Positions 13,071-26,853 of a DNA stretch of 64,000 nucleotides are shown here, piece after piece. The DNA is taken from assembly GCA_951406725.2 (NCBI GenBank), contig OX597821.1:4464001-4528000 (forward strand), in the 5' to 3' direction. The notes below the pieces were generated by a model. The model did no database searches. It saw only the letters and a list, made by a program, of their open reading frames with translations, and had not been told where the DNA came from. The translations under genes were made by a program, and so were the position numbers. The number at the start of each line of letters is the position of its first letter. Position 1 is the first letter of the stretch. This stretch comes from Octopus vulgaris. Its lineage: Eukaryota.

Positions 13071-14274
13071 TTCAGTGATCAATACAGGAAATTCTTTAAT
13101 CGAATGGCCTCTAAATGTTTGCTAAATTGGTGATATTTAGCCTATTTTGAAATTCTCAATAAAAATTATTATGCGTCAAGTGAAAGAATGAGGAGCAAGG
13201 GATGAATCATCAAATGGTCTTGAAATAAACCAAACTGGAAAACCATTTGATAGCTTGAATATGGGGAATGCACAGAATGCAGAATGTTGAATGTAGGTCA
13301 CTTCACCTTCGACAAGTCGTAAATATCACACTCAATACATACTGATAAAATTATTTGACTTGTTCGCAAAAGAGAGATTCATAATATCATGTCATTGCCA
13401 TACAGATGTTAGGAGTGAACAGTAACAGAAAACTATCTATGTATGTTACTTATACTTATTTTATTGTTTCCATATATATAAGAATTAAACTCAACACTCT
13501 CTTGATTAGAAAACAGAATATAACTCAGACAGAACACCTATAAATACAACAGGGAATTTTGACTCACTGACAAGTAATTCTTATTTAATCAAGCTTGATG
13601 ACCAGCAATATATGGTGTTAATCGTTTAAATTGACCAATGCCAGTCTGCTAACTTACTTTATTGATCCTGATGAAGGTAAATGCAAAACTTGACTAGTGT
13701 CACTTACTATCAGAACGTACGAAGACATGAGCCTTACGAGAAATCATTTTTGCTGGTGCTTTAATGATTCTGTAGTCACACCACCTCAAAATATTAAAGA
13801 GGGATTTGCAGATGAAGAAAGTATATAATTATAAATAATTGATATTAATCCTCTCAGGGCTGGATGCGACTGTCAAATTTTACCCTACCCCTGGGCCCCT
13901 GAGCAAAGAATAAACATTTACATATACAGCTCCAGAATAACGATTGCAGGCAAACTAACTGACCGAACGGACAACATATTTTCCTATGTGATTTATCCAA
14001 TACTGCTTCAGCAAGTATCCGGCAGAGTAGACGTTTAACCTATTCCACTATTGCGGGAATACGGCGTAAAAGGGTTAAATTTTTCAATTCCAAGCGTTTA
14101 ATCTGAGATTAATGTTCTTCGATTATAATTTCACCTTCCTAACATAATCTCAAAAATATATACAGAACAATTAGATCAACACAGCTTCCCTCAATAATTC
14201 ATTGAGGTAAAATATATATAATTTTTTTTTTGTTTGTATTAAATCAGATCATATTATGTCATTTCGTGCAGCAC

Positions 14275-14420
14275 GGCGAACTAGCAGACATATAATAGTG
14301 TCGGAAAAATTACTTTTTGATATTTGTTCCGACGTTTTACATACTTGAGTCCAAATCCAACCAAGGTCAACTTAGCCTTTTATCCTTTTCTAGTCGATAA
14401 AGTAGCAGTGAAGTACTGAA
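14275..14420 (+). mobile_element. SINE family B fragment
   Basis: GGCGAACTAGCAGA..GAGTCCAAATCC..GCCTTTTATCCTTTTCTAGTCGATAAAGTA, homologous to 40524-40740. Confidence 0.55.
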
Positions 14421-16219
14421 GCTTGTTAAGAATGACAAACACCATATTTGAAAAAAATGGTCTCATGATTATTTAGTTTCGAGTAAGGAGCGTTATTAAT
14501 TAGTATGTATTTGAAATATCAATTTAAAGATATGCTTTAGAATTAAAACATTTCTTCAGTTAATCATTCGTTAACAACAATATCCAATTATCATAAACTT
14601 TGCATTCAATATGATAATTGAATCCGATATTTAATATCAAATACTGCTTAATGGCAACCTAGAGGTCAACCAATGTCAAACATGTCTTCCCCTATAAATT
14701 GTAGCCTTGTGCGAAATTTTAAAATCAATATTTCAGTCAGATTGGAGAGTGGTGGCCTTAGTTTCTTTTGTTCCTTTATATTCGCATATTAAAATATGAT
14801 GGGCAAAACCTTCTCTTTATTCCTTCTCAATTTTAACCCACGTTTAATTCATTTGACCATAACTTACACTCCCGAAAATCTGTGGTCTGATACAAATTTT
14901 AAATCTATGTTAATTTATAATGAATAACAGAAACTATAATCACAAATGATGTACTTTTTGTTGCTATCCTTTCAACTTTGCGCTCAAATCCAGTCTGTGT
15001 CGGCTTGACATGTCATACCGGATGCTATGATAGAATAATGGCTTTTAATTTACGAACAAGGGCATCAGCTGTTTAGGAGAGGTTATATTGATACCGGAGA
15101 CCCAAAGTAGGCTGGTACTACTTTATATCATTGATTCTTTACAGATGAAAGGCAAAATTGTTCTCGATTGTATCTGAATGCAGAATTTAAAGATTAGCAG
15201 TTAATTAACCGTAACAAACACCACCAGTTATTTTATTCCGGAGGTCGCTGCCTGGTAGTATAATAATATAGAATAATTATTACTTACTCATGCCAACGAG
15301 AGACAATTTGCATGATTGATACGTCTACCAGAAGCAGTAACTAAATGCCCCTCAAATCACCAGGACACATAGTTATGTGTCCTAGAAAAAAAAAACATTA
15401 AATAACATAGATACAGATTACTTTCAAAAAATAGCGTTGCCACAGCTGGAACAACTTTGATCATAGGTCGAAGAGGTTCCGCTCTCACCCATGCGCCCTT
15501 CAGGTCTCTTTATTCAAGTCATTAGCATTTAAAGAGACCATATCCGGTTAAAATATTCCACCTGTTTTATATTCAAACCCTCCGAACTAGAACACTTCCA
15601 CCAATCTTACAATATCATTCTAAAATTTAACAGTACATCGTCAACGTCTCAAATTTGCAAGATAAGGCATGATTAACTCACAATAATGTGAATAAATAAG
15701 CATTAATCTTGACAGAATAGTATGAATTCTACAGAGATAAAACAGTATATCATTTGAGGAAGATATGTTTCTTGTTTCTAATAGGTCTATTAAACTTGTG
15801 ATGTAACCTTCGTTGACTTATGAAGCTAATTATATGTAATATACGCATTTCAGTCTAAAGCCTATATATGAACTATTTATTTTTCTATTTTTTAAAGATT
15901 AGATGATTCATATATGATACTTATAGATATGAGTCAAACGATATGATAATTAAAATGACTAATACATAGAAACATTCCCCAATATCGATACGTCTTCAAT
16001 TTTTTCTAACATTACTAAATACATTTCCTCATTGTTTGAGGCGATAGTATTTTTAATGCTTTGCTACTGTTTAAAATAGGTTCACTCCAATTGATAAGAA
16101 TTTAATAGCAGACGTTCCACCCATGACACACACTTTTCTTTTTCTTTTTCTCTCTAAATATACATAATGTAGAACTACTTTATCTAATGCATCATCAGGT
16201 ATTTTATTAACTTGGAGAG

Positions 16220-16635
16220 GTGGGCCTTTGTGGCAAGGCTTGCTTCCTAACTACATAGTTCCTGGTTCAGTCCCACTCTAAGATACATTGAGAAAGTCTC
16301 TCGTATCATAGCCTCGGGAAGACTAACGCCTTGTGAGTGGATTTCTTTGAAGGAAACAGAATGAAGTCTGCCGTATATAAGTATATATGTGTGTATGTGT
16401 GTGCGTGTGTCTGTGTCTGTGTGTGCATGTGGGTGAATGAGTGTGAATGTGTGTCTCAATGTCTGTGTTTGTCCCCTACTACCGCTTCATGACCTGTACT
16501 GGTGTCCTTTCACTCCCGCAAATTAGCCGTTCCGCAATTCACCACTGGAGGGGATTCATTCTATTGAAAATTCTTCAAGTCAATGCCCTAGCATGGCCGC
16601 AGTCTAATGAGTGAAACAAATACAAGATAAAAGAA
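16220..16635 (+). mobile_element. SINE family A, near full length
   Basis: Head with GGTTCAGTCCC, internal (TG)n, and tail GCATGGCCGCAGTCTAATGAGTGAAACAA. Confidence 0.7.
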
Positions 16636-16888
16636 ACTTGATAGAATAATACGTGAAGAAATTCCGGTAGATTATCAAGTCTTGTACTGATGTTGCCGTT
16701 TTCTTTCACCGATTGGCTAAGGGGACATAATCAAACCTACACCGGTTATCAATCAGTGTGGTGGACAATCACATAACAAAACACACAACTATACATACAC
16801 TCTTACATATAGATATACTTAGACAGACAGACAGATGGCTAGATAGATAGATAGAAAGATAGAAAGATAGATAGATAGATAGACAGAT

Positions 16889-16991
<103 letters not shown>

Positions 16992-19900
16992 CAGATACAG
17001 GTGTATCAAATGTATTTCATACAACTGTATTTATCTTTTGAAATAAAATTTAAGTTAAAATCGCTGATATTTATATATCTGTGAAGGCATCAGACATCCG
17101 ATAATCATGTCCTTTTTGATATCAAATAAAAGCTAAATATATTTTCTCTATACAAGGTTACGTATAAAAAAATATACGTTTCTATGCACATATATCCGAC
17201 GCAAGTCGAATGTAATTAGCTAACGAAATGTTAGCCACTTATAAGATATCCTCACTTAAAAAGGAGTCCAACGGCGTATTCAAATTGGTTGCGGGAGCCA
17301 TTTCAGTAGGGGTCCTGCCACCTTCCACAATGGTTATAGAGTGGTTTGACTAAATGAATTGCGACTCATAATATTATTGTCAATGTGGTTGAGTATTCTT
17401 CAGATACGTGTATTTTCTGACAATTATCCGGATTTACTACCAACACGAATAGCAATAACAACAAAGACACTAAATCAACAATAAAGCGTCTAGGCCGAGT
17501 TCAGTGAGGACAACGAGCGTGAAATAACAGTCATTTGCTTCTCACGTGATACGCTATCTCCTCAAAAGGGAAATAAATCGTATATCACAATTTGACAGAC
17601 AGGCACCTCGAATTTCTGAAAGATAAAGAGAGTAAGAGAGGGAAGGAAAGAAAGAAAGAGACAGAGTGAAAGGGTTGGAGGGAGAGAGAAAGACAGACGT
17701 ATCAATCCTACTATTAAACAGGCACTTTATAAACCTTGAAATAATAAAAAATATAAAGATGTGCTTTGAAATGTGAGCGTTGAAATGAATTCGACGTGTT
17801 ATGATGGCTGACACGCTGATCACTGCCAAATCGTCGCCTTGGAAATTCCCGCTGCAGCTATGAACACTAAACACTAAAGTAGCTTTGCCAGCACCTTTAT
17901 TGACTAACCTCACTGTTCTTCAACGTGTATATAAAGATCGAATCTGTTAAATAATTCATAAATCTTCTCCTGCTTCATCTTCTTCCCCCCTTTCTACCCC
18001 GCCTCTCTCTCTCTCTCCTTTTCCCTTCTTGTTGCATTCTCGAAACGAAATTATAAATGTAACATCACTTCAGACATTGCAGCAAACTATAGTTCTTTGA
18101 ATTTACGCATTCCGTTCTTTGATGACGCACACGATCACAACTTGTGCTAGCAAGTGAACTCACGTGAATAGGTCTCAAAGAAAGGAAAGAAAATGAAGCT
18201 TATGCTTTCTCTCCAACACACTTCCAACATTAATGATGAAGTTATCTTTCAGTGACCTCAATAACCTACCAGACACAGGTACATTCTTTAATAGTAGCAG
18301 ATATGTCCATTCCAATTTTCTTGTGTTATATATCTTATTGTTATACATGATGTTTAACACGGACTCCAACAGCAGCATGTTGTTCTTCTCGTCGCGTAAA
18401 TATGCTATTTATCACTAACCACTTCAATTTTTAGCAGAACCCCACATGGGAAAACCAATGTCAAAGTATTCATATACCTTGCTGCACAATATTGGAAGCG
18501 GTCAAAAATGAAATTCGAATGTGAGAAAATTCAATAGAAGGTAAATCGGAGCATAGAATTAGCAAGGGATGGCTATTAACTTCCGGGTCGTCCGCTTGCT
18601 CGTAAATCAATGTAAATTCTATTCTGTAACTTCTTATTATTCAATATATCCGTTTATCTAACAGCAGGTTTGTTTTATTTAGATTGCTCATGTATAGTTT
18701 CTATATTCCATTTTTATTTGCTTTTAGTTTCGTTGCTCTTTCGTCCACATCTTCATCGATAATTTTAGCAATGCATTTATGAATAAATAAAATTATGCAA
18801 TAATTGTTGCCACTAACATATTGAACATTTGACTTGCCAATAACATTTCATTGTACATACATTTGCAGTCGTAGTGCAACTCACGTCACTGTTGCACATT
18901 ATATTCAAAAGCGGTAAGCATGTTATTTTCATTAAGTTAGCCGATTCGTCTACGAGGACAAATTACTTGACAACTCCCAAGATTTATTACCTCAATTTAG
19001 ATGGTTCACATATCTGAATAGTCATTATATGCGGTTTTATGTACGTGTGTGTGTGTGTTCCGCCTCATACAGACGTTCAGAATTAACGAAGATGAATTTG
19101 GTTTTCATTATTTCCTTAATAGTGTCCAATTTTCTAGGTTCGTCGAAAACTGTGTAAATTGGACAAGCAGACGTTAGAATGATTTCGTATTAGGTGAGTT
19201 AAATCGCACAGGTAATGAAGATGAATGGAATTTTTCAAATGTTAAACACAATTGTGGCACTTTATATATACAAAATGTTACAAATATTTTCACTAAATGA
19301 ATACCAGTCTAATAGTTCTTAGAAATAAATGTTGCATTAATTCGTTATTGTAGAATCATTATTTTCATAAATTTAATTCATTTCTCTTTAATTATGGTTA
19401 ATGTAATTTAGAACTGTAAAAGTATGAAATCTTTGCCGAGAAATGAATTATGAATTATGAATAGCTAATAACAGGAAAAAAGATTAATTCTTTACCTTGC
19501 TTTTTACGTACGTGTTTTATAGTTCAATAAAGCAGCAACTTATTCTGAAAAGAAGTTTTGAAAACGTATTGAAATTTTGATATTTCTCTTTCAAGTATCG
19601 TATTGTTCGCAACGTTACTTTATAAGCACCGAATAAAATTGAATCAAAGGGACATGCATTACATTAATTCAATGATATTTTGCTACATAATTTAAGTGCA
19701 GTAGGCAAATGTAAGCTGAGGCATAATGTATACGTTCTTTATGCTAACCAGTAGTAGTTACTTTTGTTGCTGACGATAACGTCATCATCACCATCACCAT
19801 CATCATGATTAAAGCGACGTAGTTCCTAATCAAGGAGCCGTTTATTAAAAGCCGTTGAATCCTTGACTATTTCGTTTTTTTTTTGTGTGTTTTTTTTTTG

Positions 19901-20452
19901 TTTTTCATATTTCAAACGGAATGAAATTCTACTCAGTCTTTCTGTTTGGATACTAGGGTGTATATAAGGAAGGGTTGGTTGTACATTCAGTAGAACTACC
20001 GAAAGAGTAGATGTGCTTATGACGGAGTGTGCGCTTTTTTCAATTTCATACTACGAAAAATGTGATGCAACCCATTTTACATCATAGAACCGTTGTTGGA
20101 AGTAACGCACAATACTTACGAGAGAACATGAGGTGTCTATATTATGTACGTACATCATAACCAAGAAAAATATCCATTCGATACAAAATATTCTTTTAGT
20201 AATTTCTCTATACTAATTCTCCGAAAAGGAAATTCAGTTATAAACTTCCGTTTGGTCGAGGAATGTCATAATTATAATCACTATTACGATATCATTTTGT
20301 CACAAATATTTATTTGCACCGGAAATTTCGTGAAGAAAAACGGGGCTGCAATTTCGAATGCATACTAAATGTTTATTTCACATGTATAAAGGGTATGTCG
20401 ATAGAAGAGTTGGCCATACCTACGTATATGCATATATGAATACGCGCTAACG

Positions 20453-20565
<113 letters not shown>

Positions 20566-20738
20566 AGATATATATGTGTGTGTGTGTGTACTTTTTAATT
20601 GTTTCAATCATTAGAACAGTACGCATTCTATCTAGGTCCTTTACAACTTCCACACATACAAACCCGCAAGCACAGACGCACACACTCACAAATATATTTA
20701 TATGTGAATGTATGTATGTATATATATATATATATACG

Positions 20739-20779
<41 letters not shown>

Positions 20780-20782
20780 TCA

Positions 20783-21603
20783 CAGAGTGTGATGGGTAAA
20801 TTTTTACCACTTTATTTTTTTAAATTTAGAGCATGAGCATTATTTATTATTGGTTGTGTCTATTACACAGTATTTTAGGGTCAGTTGGGCGCCGTCTGTG
20901 AGAAAAAAGGCACCATGACGCAATTTACTCTGACAGAAATTTGGAAACGACATGCTCTACTGCTTGAAATCCAGGCCGGAATCTCCAATATATTCATTTC
21001 AAAGTGTTTGGGCGGCAATCTCAGGGACGTGTAGTCTGAGAAAATATACCGAGAGTGGTAAAAAAATCAAACATGCATTCAACATCAAGTTTGGAGTGAT
21101 CACTAGTGTTATGCCTAAATTCAACTTCCCATAGGGCTTCAGGCTCAATACGGAAGCCTACATCGAGTGCCTCGAGGAGGTAGTGCTGCCCTGGGGAAAG
21201 AGGGCGGCTGCTGGAAGACCCTATGTCTGGGAAGTAGACTGCGCCATATCACAAAAGCAGGCTGTCAGACACTTTCTGCAACCATACCACCCCTAACTTC
21301 TGACACGTACTGCAACCCTTTGATTATTATGTGTGGAGCACCAGTGACCAATAAAACTCCTTGTAACTCCAAATATGAACAGAAGAGACGAACTATGGCA
21401 AAATGCACCAGCATATACAAGGGAAACATCCACAAGAATTGCAGGTGTTTCGGAAGTCATCTGGCTATTTTATTGATTAAATTTACTCTTTAGTATTTCA
21501 AGATATTCTTATGAAAATTTGGTAAATAGATATGTCAAAAGGATATGTCGGCGTCATTTTCATTTTTGCGTATTTGAGACGAAAAATAATTATCCGCACC
21601 CTG
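20783..21603 (+). mobile_element. Tc1/mariner-superfamily element, maT/DD37D-like, internally deleted
   Basis: Ends are CAGAGTG and CACCCTG-TA. The decayed coding sequence reads KHAFNIKFGVITS..FP*GFRLNTEAYIECLEEVVLPWGKRAAAGRPYVW..CNP/DYYVW. Confidence 0.75.
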
Positions 21604-21702
21604 TATATATGTGTGTATCTATATGTATATATATGTATAGAGAGAGAGAGAGAGAACATTATTAAATCTCTGAACGATATATATATATGTATATATATAT
21701 GT

Positions 21703-21756
<54 letters not shown>

Positions 21757-21956
21757 GCTCACACACACACACACATGCACAAAGACAAACACACACACAA
21801 AGACACACACACACACACACACACACCCACATATATATATATATATATACATATATTATATTGAGGGTACTACTATTCGTAAATACCACACGCTAAAGAG
21901 GGACCAATGCGGTCAAAACTGATCATTTCTTTTAAAGATTTTATCCTCAACTGTTA

Positions 21957-22003
<47 letters not shown>

Positions 22004-22006
<3 letters not shown>

Positions 22007-22186
22007 TGTACATTTAGACACATAAGAGATGACCATCATAGGACACCTGAAACTCTAGAAGGGGTAACCAAAACTTTTTCATTCCCTTCGAAATTTATCC
22101 CTAATAATGTTTTGGATTTTGGCTACTCCTTCTAGCGTGTTAGGTGTCCTATGATGGTCATCTCTTTTGTGTATAAATATACACTC
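22004..22186. repeat. Fold-back element with roughly 70-bp imperfect inverted arms
   Basis: AGTGTACATTTAGACACATAAGAGATGACCATCATAGGACACCT..CTAGAAGGGGTAACCAAAA pairs with TTTTGGCTACTCCTTCTAG..AGGTGTCCTATGATGGTCATCTCTTTTGTGTATAAATATACACT. Confidence 0.85.
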
Positions 22187-22274
22187 TATTTATATGAAAA
22201 ATATATATTCTATTGACTACTTTTCTACATGCGAGGCCACTGTGTGAAATTTATTTAAGTTATTTTTGTTGTTT

Positions 22275-22572
22275 GTACTTTCTCGAGCCACACCTGTCTC
22301 ATAGGGCCGGTTTCCCGGTTTCCTTGGCGTATAGTTTCCCCACCTGGACGGGACGTCGATTCGTCGCAGGTGGGCTGCAAGTTACGGGAAGAGAGAGCGA
22401 GAGAAATTTGTTGCGAAAAATTCAGCAGAAGTTCGCCATTATCTTCTGCCGGAGCTGCGTGGAGCATAGATGTTTCACTCATAAACACACACATCGCCCG
22501 GTCTGAGATTCGAAACCGCGATCCCTCGACCGCGAGTCTGCTGGTCTAACCACTACGCCATGTGTCTCCACA
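22275..22572 (-). mobile_element. tRNA-derived SINE (family C)
   Basis: The minus-strand head has TGGCGTAGTGG (A box) and GGTTTCGAATCTC (B-box-like), followed by a GC-richer body. Confidence 0.7.
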
Positions 22573-22659
22573 GTTTATTTAGGTAGCAGCAAGCAATCGT
22601 TTACCAAAAAGAACTCTAAATGCTGCTAGATATGACTGAAGGCGTTATATCTCTCTATC

Positions 22660-22738
<79 letters not shown>

Positions 22739-22761
22739 GTATCCATGCATGTATGTATGTG

Positions 22762-22806
<45 letters not shown>

Positions 22807-22884
22807 AAATAAAATAAACATATGCATATATATAAACATTTATGTACGTACCTACCTCTACATGTTCATATACACGCATATATG

Positions 22885-23110
22885 AGTACAGGACACCAAA
22901 GGGACATCGAACACAAAGAGAAACGAAAACATAGACAAAATCCAAAGGAACTGGACAATTTTAAACCAAAAAAAAAATAGAGTACAGGACAATTAACACA
23001 AAGAAAAAAACCCTTCTTCAGTCGCTATGGTTTCATCTACTCTACGTTTCGAAGGTGAAAGATAGACGTATCTTCGACAAGAAAATTTCCTTCCTGCGAA
23101 ACGCAAGTCA
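22885..23110 (-). mobile_element. Dispersed repeat with hammerhead-like motif (family H3)
   Basis: Homologous to 63375-63570. The minus strand reads TTC-TTGTCGA-A-GA..TC-GAAAC-GT-A-GAG. Confidence 0.5.
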
Positions 23111-23220
23111 AAGAATGAAGGCTGAGAAAGGGATGGGACAGAAAGGTTAAGAGTGCGCATCAAAGTTAATATCAAGAACAAAACTTGACATAAAGAACAG
23201 TGTGTGTGTGTGTGTATGTA

Positions 23221-23336
<116 letters not shown>

Positions 23337-23660
23337 TTTGCTTAGTACAGCAGCCCCTTCGATGTTTCAGTAAGCCTTACACTTACAATTTCTTTACATA
23401 AATTCAGCGGAGTCATCATATTTGCCTACAAAAATCTTCCTTTCGGTATTTAGTAGAAGCCTCTGCCATGGCTTTATAAAGATTCTTCAGACTGCTGACT
23501 TATTTGTATCTGCATCTTGGCTCAGTGGGGAATTTCTTCACTGAGTCAGCGGAAGTACCTTTCCTGCGCTCATTTAATTATATATTTTGTCTCAGTTCAC
23601 AAACACACTTAAACTTATTTGAAATTGAACACAAATTTAATTGCTACTCACATGTTTGCT

Positions 23661-23697
<37 letters not shown>

Positions 23698-24314
23698 TTG
23701 TGACATACATGTGTATCTATCTCTCTATCTCGAAACGTTTCAGGGAAAATGGAAAATGTGCGTTTTGAAAAGCCTGTGGACTGGCCTTCCGGATTGAGGG
23801 AATGAGGGAATATTGTGAAAAAAGCATGTGATAAGAGAAATAGGGACCGAAAGAGAGACCGAGACAAGAAGGAAACCATAAGCGACAGTAATAATAATGT
23901 AGAAATATAAAATGGTAGTGAGAATGAAATAATAAGACACAGGATGAGAAATGGAAAGAAGAGAAAATGGAATGACCACGGCATGAGGAAAGACATCAAC
24001 AGATAAATGAGATAATTAGAAAACTGTAGGTAATAAAACTCTAAGAGTAAATGGATTGGGGAAGAGTTAAGGGAAAATGGCAACTAAACATAGAAATCTT
24101 CTCATCAGCCATGGCGACCTAGAATCAGTTGTAGTATCGGCACATTTTAAGTCGAAGGATTTTATATTACATGGAGCAACTGCACTGGTAACCCATTAAT
24201 ACGGAATATCTCGAAGATGATGATTGTAGAAGGAATGAATTTGGAAGAAAACAAATATGTGAAACTGACATAAGAAATTACACACGTACACACGCATATA
24301 TTTACATATATTTG

Positions 24315-24740
24315 TTTGGCTAATTCCCAAAAGAAAGGTCAGTTGGAAGGCAACTCTTACGCTCCAACAACAAAACTACAAGACAACATACCCGCTTTAT
24401 TCTGGGAAAACAAAGTATCAGAATTCAGAACCTGGCTTCAGCCCTGCTTCTCTTCCTTTCAAAGTTTTGAGCAAAGTCGATTCCTGCTCCGGGATCAAAT
24501 TCGTGCAAGCATGAATGCACGCTGAATAAACACCGCTCTTCTAAATGGAAACCTTACACGTGATTGTGGTTTGGTGGGACGAAGGAAAGCAAGCCTTGTC
24601 ATCCACTCAAGAAAACGCGTAATACATTTTCCACAAGCAGTCAAGCAAATTCAAACTTTCCCTTGTTTTATTTGCCATAAGGCTCGCAAGGCTCCGGTAG
24701 GCCTCAAGCGAAACATTCGTGTTCATAGAACATGATCAAC
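24315..24740 (+). mobile_element. RTE-like LINE 3' end relic
   Basis: Decayed peptide fragments (SVGRQLLR, YKD-like, QSFEQSR) and a terminal degenerate C2H2-like finger FPCFICHKARKAPVGLKRNIRVHRT*. Confidence 0.45.
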
Positions 24741-24832
24741 GCTACTTTACTGAAACCTCAATTGTCGTTCACTACGAAGAGAATCCACCATCATCATATA
24801 TATCTATCTGCGTGTGTATGTATGAATGTATG

Positions 24833-24866
<34 letters not shown>

Positions 24867-24985
24867 TGTATGTATGTATGTATGTATGTATGTATGTGAT
24901 ATGTTCATATATATATAAATATAAATAAATGTGTGATTGTTTGCTGATATGTATCTGAATATATGTGCCTGAATATGTCGTAGCG

Positions 24986-25017
<32 letters not shown>

Positions 25018-25098
25018 TATGTGCATTCATTCACGCATACTTTTCCTATTTATGCCATTACATGTATGGTTGCCTACATATGTGATTTTATATACGTG

Positions 25099-25143
<45 letters not shown>

Positions 25144-25526
25144 TTAAGCTGCTTGTTAATAGTACTTGTGATAACGCCGTGTTTATATATCAATACTTAC
25201 ATATAAAATTACGTACACATGATATAATTTTTACTAGAAATATTCAGCATACACGGTTGATTTAGATTTTAATTCCTACCAAAAAAATCGATCAAAGAAG
25301 GTGGAAAGTAGTAAATCACAGTGACCTTAATTGCGAATAAAAACTTCAATTTTCACTTAAGTAAAATTAATGGTTTCTTGTTGATTAGGAACGGATTCTC
25401 TGACTTGAAATTGAAGGCTACAGATATTTATAGCATCCACAATAAGATTTAGTATGGAATTGGTGTCAAATTGCCAGACACTTTGCAGCTACTCAGCAGA
25501 AAGAGTCTCATGCAACGAGGGTTAAT

Positions 25527-25774
25527 GTGTATGTATGTATGTATGTATGTACGTATGTATGTATGTATGTATGTATGTATGTATGTATGTATGTATGTAT
25601 GTATGTATGTATGTATGTATGTATGCATGTATGTATGTATGTATGTACGTATGTATGTATGTATGTAAGTATGTATGTATGTATGTATGTGTGTACGTAT
25701 GTATGTATGTATGTATGCATGCATGTATGTATGTATATATGTACGTATGTATGTACGTATGTATGTATGTATGC

Positions 25775-25805
<31 letters not shown>

Positions 25806-25850
25806 TGTATGTATGTATGTATGTATGTGTGTACGTATGTATGCATGTAA
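25527..25850. repeat. (TATG)n microsatellite
   Basis: Seen directly. Confidence 0.95.
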
Positions 25851-25861
25851 TTTACATTTTA

Positions 25862-26088
25862 CATGTTTCAATCATTGGTCTATGGCCATGCCGGTGCACC
25901 GCCTTCAAAAATATTTTAGTCGAATGATCTGACTTGTTTAATTTTTCAGCCTGGTACTAATACATCGGTTGCTTTTTACTGAACCGCTAGTTTGCAGGGA
26001 TGTAAACACACCCGCCCCTTTTCTCAAGCGATGGTGGAGGACAACCACAGACATAACGATACACACACACATACATGCATACATAAAT

Positions 26089-26130
<42 letters not shown>

Positions 26131-26180
26131 TTGTATTCATGCATATATACGGCGGGCTCATATCAATTTCCGTCTACTAA
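25862..26180 (-). mobile_element. SINE family A, 3' two-thirds
   Basis: Homologous to 42895-43160, with the internal microsatellite at the same position. Confidence 0.6.
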
Positions 26181-26582
26181 ATCAATATACACGGCTCAGT
26201 TATTGGGATGTTGGTTCATTTAGTCCTTCGTATCATATTGTATTTTCTCCTCTGTTCATTTTTTCACAGTTTTTCAGTAGTAGACCTAATGTGTCCCATT
26301 GATACGTACGTTTCTCCATAGCTGATTAACGCTTAAAGTATCGAGATTTATTTTTGAGAAGAGGTGATTTTTAGTGAAACACAAACTGTAAGTATCTCTA
26401 GGTGTTGCCCGCCACCCAGGAACCAAGGCAGCAACCGAGCCAGAAATACCAAAATCTCTGATAGCCTGAATACATATGTCACTACTATTAAATCCAGTAT
26501 CTGAGCCTGAAGAAATTTGTATTTTCGCTTTCATACAACATGGACACGCGCGCGCACACATGCAAGCACTTGTGTGTGTGCG

Positions 26583-26647
<65 letters not shown>

Positions 26648-26776
26648 TATCAAGATTAATCAGCCGAAATTGCGAAAATGATCCGGTTCTTGACTGAAGA
26701 TTGAAGGCTTCGAATGTCCCGTCCGTGTTTTTTGTATCGTCTTCTTGTCCCAGTTTGTATTTTTTTACATGTACAC

Positions 26777-26853
<77 letters not shown>

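Noticed and set aside
15515-15740. piggyBac-type (TTAA) MITE
   Set aside because: The termini are too decayed to show TIRs or a TTAA duplication within this window.
22490-22572. tRNA genes (also 6558-6640 and 57697-57770)
   Set aside because: A and B boxes are present, but I could not fold a full cloverleaf and they run into repeat bodies, so they are SINE heads.
26279-26387. Candidate exon between a polypyrimidine-CAG acceptor and a GTAAGT donor
   Set aside because: Stop codons in all three frames and no neighbouring exons. At most it is a non-coding exon, which cannot be tested here.
26660-26760. CTGAAGA-TT-GAAGGCTTC-GAATGTC as a hammerhead
   Set aside because: It has GAAT instead of GAAA, and stems I and III are unconvincing. 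It may be a decayed PLE-type repeat but cannot be supported.
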